Origin: the human T2T-CHM13v2.0 reference genome, Homo sapiens
Strand: one strand, 5' to 3'
Length of the DNA stretch: 64,000 nucleotides
NCBI RefSeq assembly: GCF_009914755.1
Contig: NC_060947.1
Every line of letters starts with the position of its first letter. The first letter of the stretch is position 1. Both the position numbers and the translations under genes were made by a program. Shown piece by piece: positions 26,776 through 39,429 of the stretch. The notes under the pieces were generated by a model. That model did not search any database. It saw only the letters and a list, made by a program, of their open reading frames with translations, and was not told where the DNA came from.

Positions 26776-27456
26776 GCTCACACTATTAAAAAAGAGAGTA
26801 TCCGAATAGAGTGGTCTCATGAAGACGTCAGACCGTAAGAGGCACCTTCAGAATTCGCAAGATTGGAACATCGGGCAAGGAAAGTCCCTTCTAAATGGGA
26901 AAGAACACTCACAGCAAAGAGGTGGGGTAAAGAAAGGGCATCTTATAAAGAATAGTTGGAGGATGTGAGCCAGATTTAACAGAATTTCTGCAGAACTGTT
27001 TGAGCTGTTCCAGTGGTGTAATGGAAATGATTTTTTTGGAATCAATAGCTCCGATAAGGACGCTTTGAATGGAGCTTGCAGAAGAGGCCTGTGGAAGTTA
27101 TTAAAAGCTGAAAGAGCTGCTGGAATGTGGATTCGGTCACATGAACCCAAGGCAACAAAAATCTACTCTGAAAGATGACACTAGAAACAAGTAAAGAGGA
27201 ATATTTGACCATATTTTATGAAACGCACTTGGACTTCAGCTGGCTGTGGAATATAAGGAATGTTTACGTAGGGATTGGTTACAAGAAATGAAAGGTAGGT
27301 ATTTCTAACACTTTTTAAAAATATTAAATGGCTCAAATTATGTCAGTGCCATTAATAGAAACAGCATTTCTTCATTAATGAGAAAACATTTAGAAAAGGG
27401 GGAGGGGGCCGCATGATTTTCAGATAAGAATAGAGCCCTCAAATAAAATGGTCCTG

Positions 27457-27710
27457 TTGGGAAGCGGAGGTAGGAGGACTGCTTGAGGCCAGGAGTTTGA
27501 GACTAGCTTAGGTAACATAGTGAGACCCCATCTCTACAAAAAATACAAAATTAGCTGGGGATGATGGTATATGGCCGTAGTCCCAGCTACTCAAAAGGCT
27601 GAGGTGGGAGGATTGCTTGAGCTCAGGAGATTGAGGCTTCAGTGAGCTGTGACTGCACTGCTGAATTCCAGCCAGGGCAACAGAGCAAGTCCCTGTCTCC
27701 AAATACAAAT
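27457..27710 (+). mobile_element. 5'-truncated AluJ
   Basis: Alu body followed by TA-rich microsatellite complex. Confidence 0.9.
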
Positions 27711-27715
27711 ACATG

Positions 27716-27736
27716 TATTTTAAATTGATTCCAAGA

Positions 27737-27784
<48 letters not shown>

Positions 27785-27851
27785 TATATTATAAAATACA
27801 TATATTTGATTACATATATATTATATTTTAAATTGATTCCAGGACAAATAT

Positions 27852-27908
<57 letters not shown>

Positions 27909-28081
27909 AGTCTCTGTCTCCCTCTCTTTTATTAACCAGCAAGATCTATGCAAGCTGCTTTGAAATTTGTTTGAAGGAATAATATAGGAATAGTTTTCTT
28001 AAAAACAAAGGCAATAAAAGAATGATAATAACAGGGCATATATATATATATTCCTGGATATATTCCTGGAATCAATTTAAA
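27716..28081. repeat. (TA)n/(CA)n/(TG)n complex with direct and inverted 18-bp repeats and an inserted 127-bp duplicate
   Basis: Directly visible; detailed in findings. Confidence 0.92.
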
Positions 28082-28149
28082 GTATTGTAGAGAAAGTAGG
28101 AATAAACTGATAGGTAGTTTAGGGACCTATAACAGAAGCATGACTAACA

Positions 28150-28520
28150 GCCTTGAGAACTGATAACTATGTCCAATAAAGGGACATTAAGTGGCTAGGG
28201 AGATATGAGGTAGGAGAAACGGAAGCCTATTTAAAAGGGCTTACAAAAACCATGAAGAAAAAGCAGGAGTCACCAACGCAACCCAAGCCAAGGAAGCCAT
28301 GATATTTCAAAAAAGATGATCAATCTTATCAAAAGTCAAAGAGAAAGAGACAAGAGAAAGATCACACGATTGGAGCAAAGAAAGAAGTCATTGTTAGATT
28401 CTATGAAGGCATTTGGGGGAAATGGTGGAGGCTACACTGTTCAAAAACAGGAAATGAATAATGAAGACAGGAAATCATCCAAGGTAGAAAAGGATTTGGG
28501 CCTGTTGTTTGGGGATGTGA
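28150..28520 (-). mobile_element. Degraded L2 fragment
   Basis: Purine-rich ccaagccaaggaag...gaagtcattg...tggtggaggc pattern. Confidence 0.45.
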
Positions 28521-28844
28521 AATAGTATCTTCCCAGGGAGCATCGTGGTAATATCTGAATGCCAAATGAAGAAAAGGAGGGAAAACGTGGTGGTGGATTC
28601 TTTCTGGAGGCTCCCCTGGGTAGGAGAGGACCCAAAGAACATGGTGTGTTGACTTTAGAAGGGAGAACTTTTCTTACCGCTTTTCTTTCTTTTCCATGTG
28701 TTGTTATGAATTGCTCCTGATTTAGTGTCATTTCTTTCTTTGTATGAATCTCATGAATTGGTAATAAATGAATACTCCTTGACCACAAAAAAGGCACTCT
28801 CTTGTCCAGGATTGCAAATTATGATCCTGAAAGTATTACTCAAT

Positions 28845-29107
28845 CAGTCTCTCTCTCCCTCCCTTCCTCTCTATCTCACTCTCTCTATTTCTCTCTCTTC
28901 CTCCTGCCCTCTCTCTGCCTTTTCTCTCTCCCTCCCTTCCCCTCTCTCTGGCTCTCTGTTTCTCTCTCTTCTTTCTGCTCCCTCTCTCTCTCCTTCCTTT
29001 GCTCTCTCTCCCACCTGCCCTCTTACTCTCTCTGGTCTGTCTCTCCTTCTCTCCATCTCTCATTCTCTCTCTTTGTCTCTATTTCTGTCTCTGTCTCCCT
29101 CTCTCTT
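28845..29107. repeat. CT-rich polypyrimidine low-complexity tract
   Basis: Directly visible, ~260 bp. Confidence 0.97.
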
Positions 29108-30612
29108 ATTAACCAGCAAGATTTATGCAAGCTGTTTTAAAGTTTGTTTGAAAGGATAATATAGTAATAGTTTTCTTAAAAACAAAGACAATAAAAGAAT
29201 GATAATAACAGGGTATCATTCCCCAATGGTTTAAAAATCCAGTCACGTTCCAACCAGCTATTCTTTTTCTAATATTCTTTTTTTTTGCTTTGACAGTTTC
29301 TTGGCCATTTTTCTACTTATTAGTACTTTCATCAGAAATAAGGAAAAAAAGATGAAACTATAACGTGTCAATTTGAGACATAGGAACTTCTATTATGCCC
29401 ATCGCTACCTTCAAGTGTCTAGATAATTCCTACACCACTGGAAGTGTTAGCTGCCAGCCATACAAAATTTGTGTCCCTACAAAACAGCAGAAGATACTAA
29501 CACACACATCCCATCCTTCTGACTTAACTGTCTGATTATTGCATTCTTCCCTTCCCTCCAATCAAAGCTATAATGCAATGATCCCAGGTGTGTTAGAAAT
29601 AAAAGTATTAGAGACAATTACTTGGCAAAGTGAAAATTGCCTTAAGAAAATGATGAGCAGTCAGATTTACCTCTAATGACTTTGAATTTGAAAATAAACC
29701 ATTTCATGGTAATTTTTCTTGCTTTGGGGCTTATATCATTCGAAAGTTCTAAAAGAAACAATTCATGTAAATCAGGAAAAAATGTTCCTCCCTTTGGATA
29801 ACTTGTGTTTATTTTACAGCCATTTCATTTCCTTGTTGAGTTAAATTATTAAAGAACCTCATACATGTAGTTTACATAAAATTATCACAATATAAACGAA
29901 TGTGCATATCTAATATGCCTATCTTACATTTGTGACCCAAGGTTTAAAGTCTTAGAGTCGTTAATAAAAGAATGAAGATAAACCTTAAGAAGCCTTGCTG
30001 TGAATAAGAGATAAAGCAGAAGTTTACTTTTAATCTGTTAGTTTTACAAGTTCTTTTTTTTGTTAAATAACAAAGAAAAATTGGACTAAAATTCCAAAAA
30101 TCACATAATTTCTTAAGGCAGCACTTTCATCGCCAGCAATAGCTCTGTTCAGAGTGTCCTAATGCATGTTTATTGAAAATGGTTTGGCTTTGAGACATTT
30201 CTCGTTCAGGCTAATACAGGCAATTACATTTTTTTCAGTACAAAGTATAAGGACGGACACTGTGAAATAGTTGAAGGTCACTATCATAGTAGAACACCAT
30301 CATATAAGTGGTAAAATTGAACACTGGGCTTGACAGCAAAAAAAAGCTGGCAAAATATTCTTAGCAGCACCAAGAAAGTTGGTTGGCTCTATGGGGGGAT
30401 TGGGTTCATGAAATGAATCCTATTTCAGATTCAACAGCAAAAACCATATTGGAAATATCCGGGAGTTCTTATAATTGTGCATACAATGGGAAATCCATGC
30501 CTAAGTCAAATATAGACTATTCGAATCTAGTAGAAGCAAAAAGAAAAGGAAACTTCTGAGAACTAGGGATAAAAAACTGGGGCATTGCTCAACACAGAAC
30601 AGAACTTTTTTT

Positions 30613-30702
30613 TTTTTTTTTTTTTGAGATGGAGTCTCGCTCTTTTGCCCAGGCTGGAGTGCAGTGGCGCTATCTCGGCTCACTGCAAGCTGTGCCTCCT
30701 GG
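30613..30702 (-). mobile_element. Severely 5'-truncated AluY-like insertion
   Basis: ~77-bp right-arm end with cactgcaagc diagnostic; TSD agaacagaacttttttt (30596 / 30703). Confidence 0.92.
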
Positions 30703-32526
30703 AGAACAGAACTTTTTTTATTAAATAGAGTTCTGTTGGCAGGACAACTTTAAACTCTTCAAAATGTGTTCAACTAAATATTCCTGCCTCCCTTGAGTTT
30801 TTGGACAACGATACTGGGTTTACATTCCAAGAGTGTATATAAATTGCGCTCTTACGTCTGCTGGCCGAAATCCATGCTATTTCCTCACTCTCATTTTGAA
30901 TATACTTGCAGTATGCCCTATGCGTAAGTGGGCATGAAATTTTAAATAGTAACATTTCAGACTGTTGCAGCCAAGAGTATTGGGACCATAAAGAAACACG
31001 CAGAGTAATTTGCTTAGTTATTTTGTGCCAGAAACTACACCGTGCTGCTATTCCTTCCAGAGGGTGGAGTGCTGGGGAGGGGCTCTGAGGAAGGAATCTA
31101 ACCATAAGTTGTATTTTCTCAAGAAAAAAACAAAGTACAACAACAACAGCAAAACTACATGAGCACAGCAGGAATTAGAAAGGGATTAATAAAGATTAAA
31201 AACCAAAAAGGAGATAAATGAGAATGAAATTCCTAGCATTAGTTCCTTGGTAAGCAAAAAAACATGACAGAAAAACTGTTTAATATGATAATCATCAAAT
31301 AAAAGGGGAGGATACCAAAATGCATGAAACAAATGATCAGAGGAAATCCTTGCTATGGAAAGAGATTAAAGAATTAAAACCAACTCCTTTGATCCATCCC
31401 ATACAAATGCATTTGAAAACTTAGATGAAATGGATAATTTTCCAGACCTACACATAACATGTATTTTTTTCCAGAAGAAATAGAAACTCAAAACAGACTA
31501 ATTATATCATCACAGAGCGACCAAACCTCATTCTCTGCCTCAAACACTCTCCCCCTCAAAGACATCAGTTCCAAATGCTTTCACAGTTTTTTCTTTGAAA
31601 ACAAGATTAATTCCCTGATATCTAAATTGATTTAGAAAAGGAAAATAGTTCTAAAATTTTATTATAAAGCTTGCAAAGCATCAATATAAAATTTAAAAAC
31701 ATAGCACAAGAAGCAAATACTTGATAGGAATATTTTTTAACAACTAGCTGATAGACTACAGCTGACGTTCGAAGAAAAATTCATTGTGATGGCTTGAGAT
31801 TTATTTCAACACATGCAAATCTCAATATTAGGAAATTTATTAAAGTTATTAATATAATCATAGAAAACATAGGTTATCACTGTAAGTGATGAAATTCATT
31901 TAATGGAAGTTTATTCTTATTCTTTATTTCAAGAAAAAATAGAAGTAGAGGTATCTTTTCTTCATGTGTATAATGTTTATATATACATGATGTTAAGATA
32001 TCATGTATATATATGTTATGTAACTATATATGTATGTATAATATAAATTACTTATATAATACACAAATATAAACAATGTTACTATATATAAAAATATATA
32101 GAAATATCAATCAAAAGGCATCTATCATAGTGGTAAATAAATAAGAACATTCTACTCTAGTAGCTTTTTTCTGTAGGTACTGGCTAACACAACTAAACAG
32201 GTAAGAAAATTAAAGGCATACACATTGGAAGGAAGAAGGTTGTTTTTATTATTATTTGCAGATTTTTTATTACGCAAATAGAAAATCCAAGGATGGCAAC
32301 AAAAAAATAACAGCAAATAACAAGGCAAGTAAGTTAAAAGAAAGGCATATAATAGAATTTTTTATATATTAAAAAAACTGTAAGAATATATAATAGAAAA
32401 ATGGAAGAATTTATAGTAGTGATAAATTTGACCAGAACTATCAAGACTACTGAATCTACCCCAAAATGTTCTTGGGATCAGCATAAGCTTAATACTGAAA
32501 CCTGACAAAAAACAAAAAGAAATGAA

Positions 32527-32829
32527 GGCCAGGTGTGATGGCTCATGCCTGTAGTCCCAGCAATTTGGGAGGCCAAGGCGGGTGGATCACCTGAGGTCAG
32601 GAGTTTGAGAACAGCCTGGGCAACATGATGAAACCCCGTCTCTATGAAAAATACAAAAATTACCCTGGCATGGTGGTGCACACCTGTAGTCCCAGTTATT
32701 CAGGAGGCCGAGGCAGGAGACTCGCTTGAACCAGAGAGGTAGAGATTGCAGTGAGCTGAGATTGCACCACTGGGCTCCAGCCTGGGTGACAGAGCAAGAC
32801 TCTGTCTCAAAAACAGAAACAAAAACAAA
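32527..32829 (+). mobile_element. AluS-like element
   Basis: Full dimer with A-rich tail. Confidence 0.95.
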
Positions 32830-33026
32830 ATGAAATTAGAGTTAAAATTTTTAACAGTCTTTCTTAGTAATGCCAAATATCTAAAATTATATATGTAGTG
32901 ACAAAAAATGCCATATATTCCAGTGATTAACAAAAGGGAAACAATTTTACATATTGTGCCATAATTCAAGTGGGATTTATTTCAGGAATACAGGGTAGAA
33001 GGATAGTTTAGAGTTGTCAATCATTT

Positions 33027-33166
33027 TTTAATTAAAATTTCTTAAAAATAGAGATGGGGTCTTGCTGTGTTGGCCAGGGTGGTCTTGAACTCCTGGCCTC
33101 AGGCCATCCTCCCGCCTAGGCCTCCCAGAGTGCTAGGATTAGAGGTATGAGCCACTGCACCTGGCC
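33027..33166 (-). mobile_element. FLAM / free left Alu monomer
   Basis: Single left arm; TSD gagttgtcaatcattt / gagttgtaaatcattt. Confidence 0.9.
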
Positions 33167-33898
33167 AGGAGTTGTAAATCATTTGAGGTAAATTATTGTA
33201 TTAAAAGAAAAAAGAATATAAACATGTGGCATCGCAATAAATGCAAAAAATACATTTTCAAGGGATGATAAATTTTAATTAATAAAGTATACTAACTATC
33301 TGGAATAAAATTAAACTTCCTTAAACACAGGAATGATTTCTACCTGAAAAAGATCAACAACAAAAGAAACCAAACCAACAAACAAAATACAGCATGGAGC
33401 ATATGAAATGGTGAAAATTTCCTGGACATCAATAATGAGGCAAAGATATCTGTTGTGGACAGGTCTCTACACGACATACTGGGAAGTACTTGTAATTAGT
33501 TCTTGTAATTGTAGTAACATAATTAGGAAAGTCAAAGCTGAAAGTAAAAGTTGAAAGTAAAATGATTGAAAAGGAAGGATTAAGCCAGTCTTAAAACATG
33601 AATGTGTAAATTTAAAAATTAGAAAAAATCTATAACCGAGCTAGGAGATTTAGTGAATTTAGCAGTTAATAAAAGCAAGAACACCAAAAATATCCATTCT
33701 ATTTTTATATGCTAGTAAAAATAATTAAAATTACTTTTATGATAATGTTTCCAATAATAGGAACCAGTCTAATAAAAAATGCTGAACTTCTACATAGCCA
33801 TCTAAAGAACATATTGAGCAATGGTGAGGTATACCAAGTTCATGGATTGGAATCTGTAAAGATATCATTTCTTCCAAAATGGGACTATAGATTCAATG

Positions 33899-33899
<1 letters not shown>

Positions 33900-33936
<37 letters not shown>

Positions 33937-33972
33937 GGGGGGACCAGTGTGTGTGTGTGTGTGTGTGTGTGT
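33900..33972. repeat. (TG)n, two tracts
   Basis: Directly visible. Confidence 0.97.
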
Positions 33973-34189
33973 CTTAATTATCAATATATTTTCTTAAAAT
34001 TCCTGGTTAACATTGGTTATTTAAATCATCCATACTCAAACATCAGTATCATCCAGTGATGTTTGAAGAAGCCTAGATATACCATTCAATGTTCTACTAA
34101 GGAGGTTTGCCATTCTAAGAAAAGAGTACACCTCAGGAAATGTGCCTTCTACATGGTCTATTCTTACTTAGAATCTTAGAAATATTGGC

Positions 34190-34587
34190 TAACAAATTCT
34201 GATGTGCAATACAGGGAATATCATTCAGACTTAAAAAGGAAAGACATGCTGCAACATGGATGAACCTTGAGGACAATATAATAAATGAAATAAACTAGTT
34301 ACAAAAGAACAAATAGTCTAGGATTTCATTCATCTGTGCTACCCAGAGTAGACAAAATCACAGAGAGAGAAAGTAGAATGGTGATTGTTGGGGGCCTGAG
34401 AGTAGGTAATGGGAAGTTGTTCAGTGGGTACAGAGTTTCAGTTTTGCAAGACAGAATTCTGGGGATAGATGATGGTGATGGTTGTACAACAGTGTGAATG
34501 TTCTTTATATCATTGAATATATACTTACAATGGTTTAAATGGTAAATCATATATAATGTATATTTTACCACTATTAAAATAAATAAA
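34190..34587 (+). mobile_element. L1MB-like 3' end
   Basis: caacatggatgaaccttgaggac...gggtacagagtttcagttttgcaag...ttttaccac. Confidence 0.85.
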
Positions 34588-35029
34588 TGTGACACACATA
34601 TGTAAACACACATACATAATTACTTTGTGTCGTGGGTTTTAATTAGTTCTCCTTTGAAAAGCTGATGAAAGCTATATACCTTTTCCTAGAAAAAAATATA
34701 TAGAGAGAAAATTATATTTAGAGAAAAAATGCATATATACACTTGTATGTAAGATGTTTCCTGAAATTGTAGGGTATTCGTTGACCCTCTAAGGTCTTGT
34801 ATTTGATGGAATAACTCTTCACTACATTAAATAATTTGGTGGTATTGATGCCTCTACATTCAGAAACTTGGAAAGAAAATAATTAGTACGTGGAAATAGT
34901 ACATTTGAGGAATGAATTGAATAAAAAATAAGTAAAGCAATAATCATCTGACAAGAACAGGAGAGACCAGAATCTATACACAGATACAAACAGGCACATG
35001 TGCTCCAGGGAGCCACATAAGTAGGGAAT

Positions 35030-35172
35030 AAGAAAGGAGGGAAAGAAAGAAGGAAGGAAGGAAGAAAGGAAGGAAGGAAGGAAGGAAGGAAGGAAGGAAG
35101 GAAGGAAGGAAGGAAGGAAGGAAGGAAGGAGGCAGGGAGGGAGGCAGGGAGGGAGGCAGGGAGGGAGGGAGG
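35030..35172. repeat. (GGAA)n/(GGGA)n microsatellite
   Basis: 15 consecutive GGAA at 35068-35127. Confidence 0.97.
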
Positions 35173-36029
35173 ATTGATTCCTATCTAAAACAATGGAAAC
35201 GAAAGTAAGTATGTGGATATTTACAGAACCGGTATCTATTGCCTGAAAATACTTAAATGTAACTGCTTTTTAAAAAATAATTAATGCCAGAAATAAGAAG
35301 TGATCTATTTTTGCAGTTGTGATATTATTCAGATAAGAAACTCAATAAATAAGCAAAAAAACCTAACTACTTTGTCTAGTAATCCTCCCAAAGTTCACGA
35401 CCACAGGATCATCTGAATTATTTACTCTGTGCTGGCACTTCCTAAGCTATCCATCCTCCCAATTGCTTAAAGTTATTGAAACGTTTATCAAGATAGTGAT
35501 GATGTGAATTACAGAAGCCAAAAGGAGCAATCACTTCTATGGAACAACTTCCTCTCCACTCATCCTAGGTAATAAACGAAATTCTATATGAAGCCAGAAT
35601 TAGCCTCGCAGGAAAAGGCATTTATATTTAAAGAGATAAAGAAAATATGTCCTGCAAGGAAGGGTACAAAGATTAAGCTTGGGAAATTCTGGACCCAGAG
35701 TTAAGAATCCTGTATTCTGAAATGAGCTGGAAGATGTTAAATAAGGCTTCATTGTATTTCTCAATAAACCAGTGGTATTAATACCTGCTCTCCGTAAATT
35801 AAAACATTACTATAAAGAACAAAAGGGGTAATGATGGATATTTAACTATTAACTTTGAAAACCAGAAGGACTTTAATAAATGGAAGCCCTAATACTGATT
35901 TCCCAAAGGAGTTATATACTCATGACACACGTTCAACTTAAGACAGCGGTTGTTTTGCTGCATTGCATTGTGTTGGGCTGTGTTTTCTTTGAGATTCTAG
36001 TTCCAGGAACTAATTTTAAGACTTGCTTC

Positions 36030-36175
36030 TTTTTTTCTCCTTTTCTCCCTCCTTTCTTCTTCCTTTCTCTTCCCTTCCTTCCTCATTATTTCCTCCTTCC
36101 TTCCCTCCTTCCTCCTTTCTTTCTTCTTAGTTTCTTTTCTTTCTTCCTTCCATCCTTTCTTCCTCCCACACTTCA
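36030..36175. repeat. TC-rich low-complexity tract
   Basis: Directly visible. Confidence 0.9.
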
Positions 36176-36576
36176 CCAACTTCTTCGTCTGTGTATTTTA
36201 CCATCAGTTTTCTTTAAAAAAAAAAAAATGTGTTCCCTTTTGCTACTTTAAAAAAATGCACTTTTAGCACCCGTGTTTGTGTGTGTAACTGGCAAAGTCA
36301 TTTTTCCTAATTTGAGGGAAATGACTATTTCATCCGGTACTTTCGGAGCCCTGCGTATCAGTCAGAATTAAAGGGTTGGGAAAAGTGGGAGATGGATACC
36401 ACAATTTTGACATGCCTGTTCAAACACTTTGAGGTATGTCTCTAATATGCATAAACAATTCATCTGTCATTCTAGTTGTCATCCTTTCCCCTTGCATAAA
36501 ACCTTGCAGATTTACTAGAGAGAACACACTCCAAGGGTCATGTATGATATTATCTGCAGTTCATTTCCTTTGGTAA

Positions 36577-36816
<240 letters not shown>

Positions 36817-37594
36817 TGATTTTAATTTCCAGTGAACAGTCACTATGGAACAAAGTGAATTTCAAGATGAGCATCTACAAGCTTTGGGCAATGGTGTCTC
36901 TGGGTGGTTTTTTAAAAAATATTTTTAAACATTGGATGATGCCAACATAACTTTCTTACCATTGAGTACAGGACATAGATGACAAAAACGTGTGTTGTAA
37001 AGAATACAAGCACAAACAAAAACAAAAGCAAAAACAAAACAAAAAAACACAGGACTCATTTCATTAATATAATAAAAATACTTCATCAAAGAATGACCAC
37101 CCAATCTGTCCAGATTTCCATTTACTTTTCTTTACAGATTCAAGTCACCAAGGATTCTGTTACATCTCTCAAAATTCTTGAGTAGCCATGGGAACCAGAA
37201 AGCGCCACAGCTAAGTGAACAATACATGGGGCATGCACAAAAACAATAACTAATGTTTATTGAGGGCTCACACTGTGCAAGGTGCCTTTGGAATCTTCAG
37301 ACATCAAGAATGGATGCACGCGGAATGCTCCTATCACAGCCTGCCATTCCTGCTGGAATAATCAGACCTCCCTTCCCAGAAAAACATGCAATTTTGGAAA
37401 GTGGCCAAATCAACTGAGATGTGTATAATGTACTTGGAGATATAAATTGTCTTACTCGAACTTCCCAAGAGCCCTGTGGTGTGAGATGTAGATCACTGTT
37501 TTCAATGGGGATCTGGAGATGGATGTACAAGTTGACATACAAAATTTAACCATAACTAGGAACTAGCTAGACATAGGATATGATCTCAAGTCTT

Positions 37595-37760
37595 TTTGTA
37601 TTTATTTATTTTGCTTTATAGTGGATCTTTTTTATTGGTTCATCTTTTTAAAAACTGTATCTACGTAAGGTAGACATCATAATGTTTCGGTATACATATA
37701 CATAGTGACATGATTACTACAGCCAAGCTAATTAGCACATCCATCATCTCACATAGTTCA
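37595..37760 (-). mobile_element. L1MA 3' end fragment
   Basis: tatacatatacatagtg...attactacagccaagctaattagcacatccatcatctcacatagtt. Confidence 0.7.
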
Positions 37761-37943
37761 TTCATTGGTTTATCCTATATACGCTTTTTTGATAACTTTT
37801 CTCATAAATTTAATTGGACAATAATGGCATATAAGACCTCACAGGACCTCCTTTATTTTTGCAACAACATCTCTTGACACTTTCAATTTTCTCTTTACTC
37901 TCTAAACTTTTCATCAAAATTGTAATTCTAAAAGTCCAGATCA

Positions 37944-38230
<287 letters not shown>

Positions 38231-38573
38231 AAGTTCAGATCCTTGTGGATACTTTCCACATTATATTCATATAGAAAAATATCACCTTGTACCCAGAAGT
38301 GTATATAATTACGACTTTTCAATTAAAAATGATATTAATTAAAAATAAATAAATATAATAAAATAAAAGTTTACTAATATTCCCAAGTTTTCTAACACCA
38401 AAACCGAAACCACATTCCTCATGTGGAGGTAATAAAAATAGACATTAATCAAAAAGATCAAAGCCATAATCAGCAGTGGGCTATGACCAACTTTGCAAAA
38501 TGATTACATAAGAAATTTTCTACACTAGTCGTATTTACTAACCTTTCAAAACTCTCATTTTTTTCATGACTTC

Positions 38574-39061
38574 TGTTATGGGTTGAATTCTGTCTTCTGC
38601 TGCCAAATCCATATGTTAAAATCCTAATTCTAAGTGACTCAGAATGTGACTTTATTTGGAAATATGGCTATTGCAGGAATAATTCATTAATATGAGGTTG
38701 TATTAGAGTAGAGTGGGCCCCAAGTCCAAAATGACTAGAGTCCTTATAAAAGGAGGAGATTTAGACACAAACGTGCACAGAGAGAGAAGAGCATATGTGA
38801 ATAAAGGCAAAAATCCAGGCGATGTGTCTAAAAGACAAGCAATGCCAGAGATCGTCAGCAAAATGCCTGACACTAAAAAAGAGACTTGGAAGGGATTCTC
38901 CCTCGGAGCCCTCAGAAAGAACCAATCCTGAAGACATTTGGATCTTTGACTTCTGGCCAGAACTCCAGAAGTTCTCCAGAACTTTGAGATAATACATTTC
39001 TATTTTTTAATCTTGGTCAGTGTGTGGTACTTTGTTATGACAGCCCTAGCAAACGAATACA
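38574..39061 (+). mobile_element. MLT1C-like MaLR solo LTR
   Basis: tgttatgggttgaatt...cagccctagcaaacgaataca. Confidence 0.85.
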
Positions 39062-39429
39062 TTTCCTTTAATAGCAAAAAGTTTAACCCCTCCTCACCAA
39101 TCTAAGCCACATTTTTAAAAAGGGAAATGTGTCTATGGTACATTTCTTTTTTATACCCTCAACCTCACTCCATTGAAGAGCAGGTGTCAGAAGAACTAAT
39201 AAGTAGAGAATATCTACGTGATGTTACCATGCTCCAGAATCTCTAGATCATCATCCCTTCCCAAAACCACCGAAAAGAGTGGAAGGAGAACAATCAGGCT
39301 GGGATGAATGTGGCTAATTGTGCATGCCACCTGCTCACCTCTGTGCAATAACCTTAAAAATTAATTAATTAATCAATGAACTTTCTTAAAACCAATGTCA
39401 ACGTCAATATCCCCTAAAACTTTCCACAG

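Larger units (their letters stand above)
31170..33900 (+). mobile_element. Fragmented ancient L1M ORF2 region
   Basis: gaaaacttagatgaaatggataatttt, gggatttatttcaggaatacaggg, ttcatggattggaa...tatagattcaatg motifs; interrupted by Alus. Confidence 0.7.
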
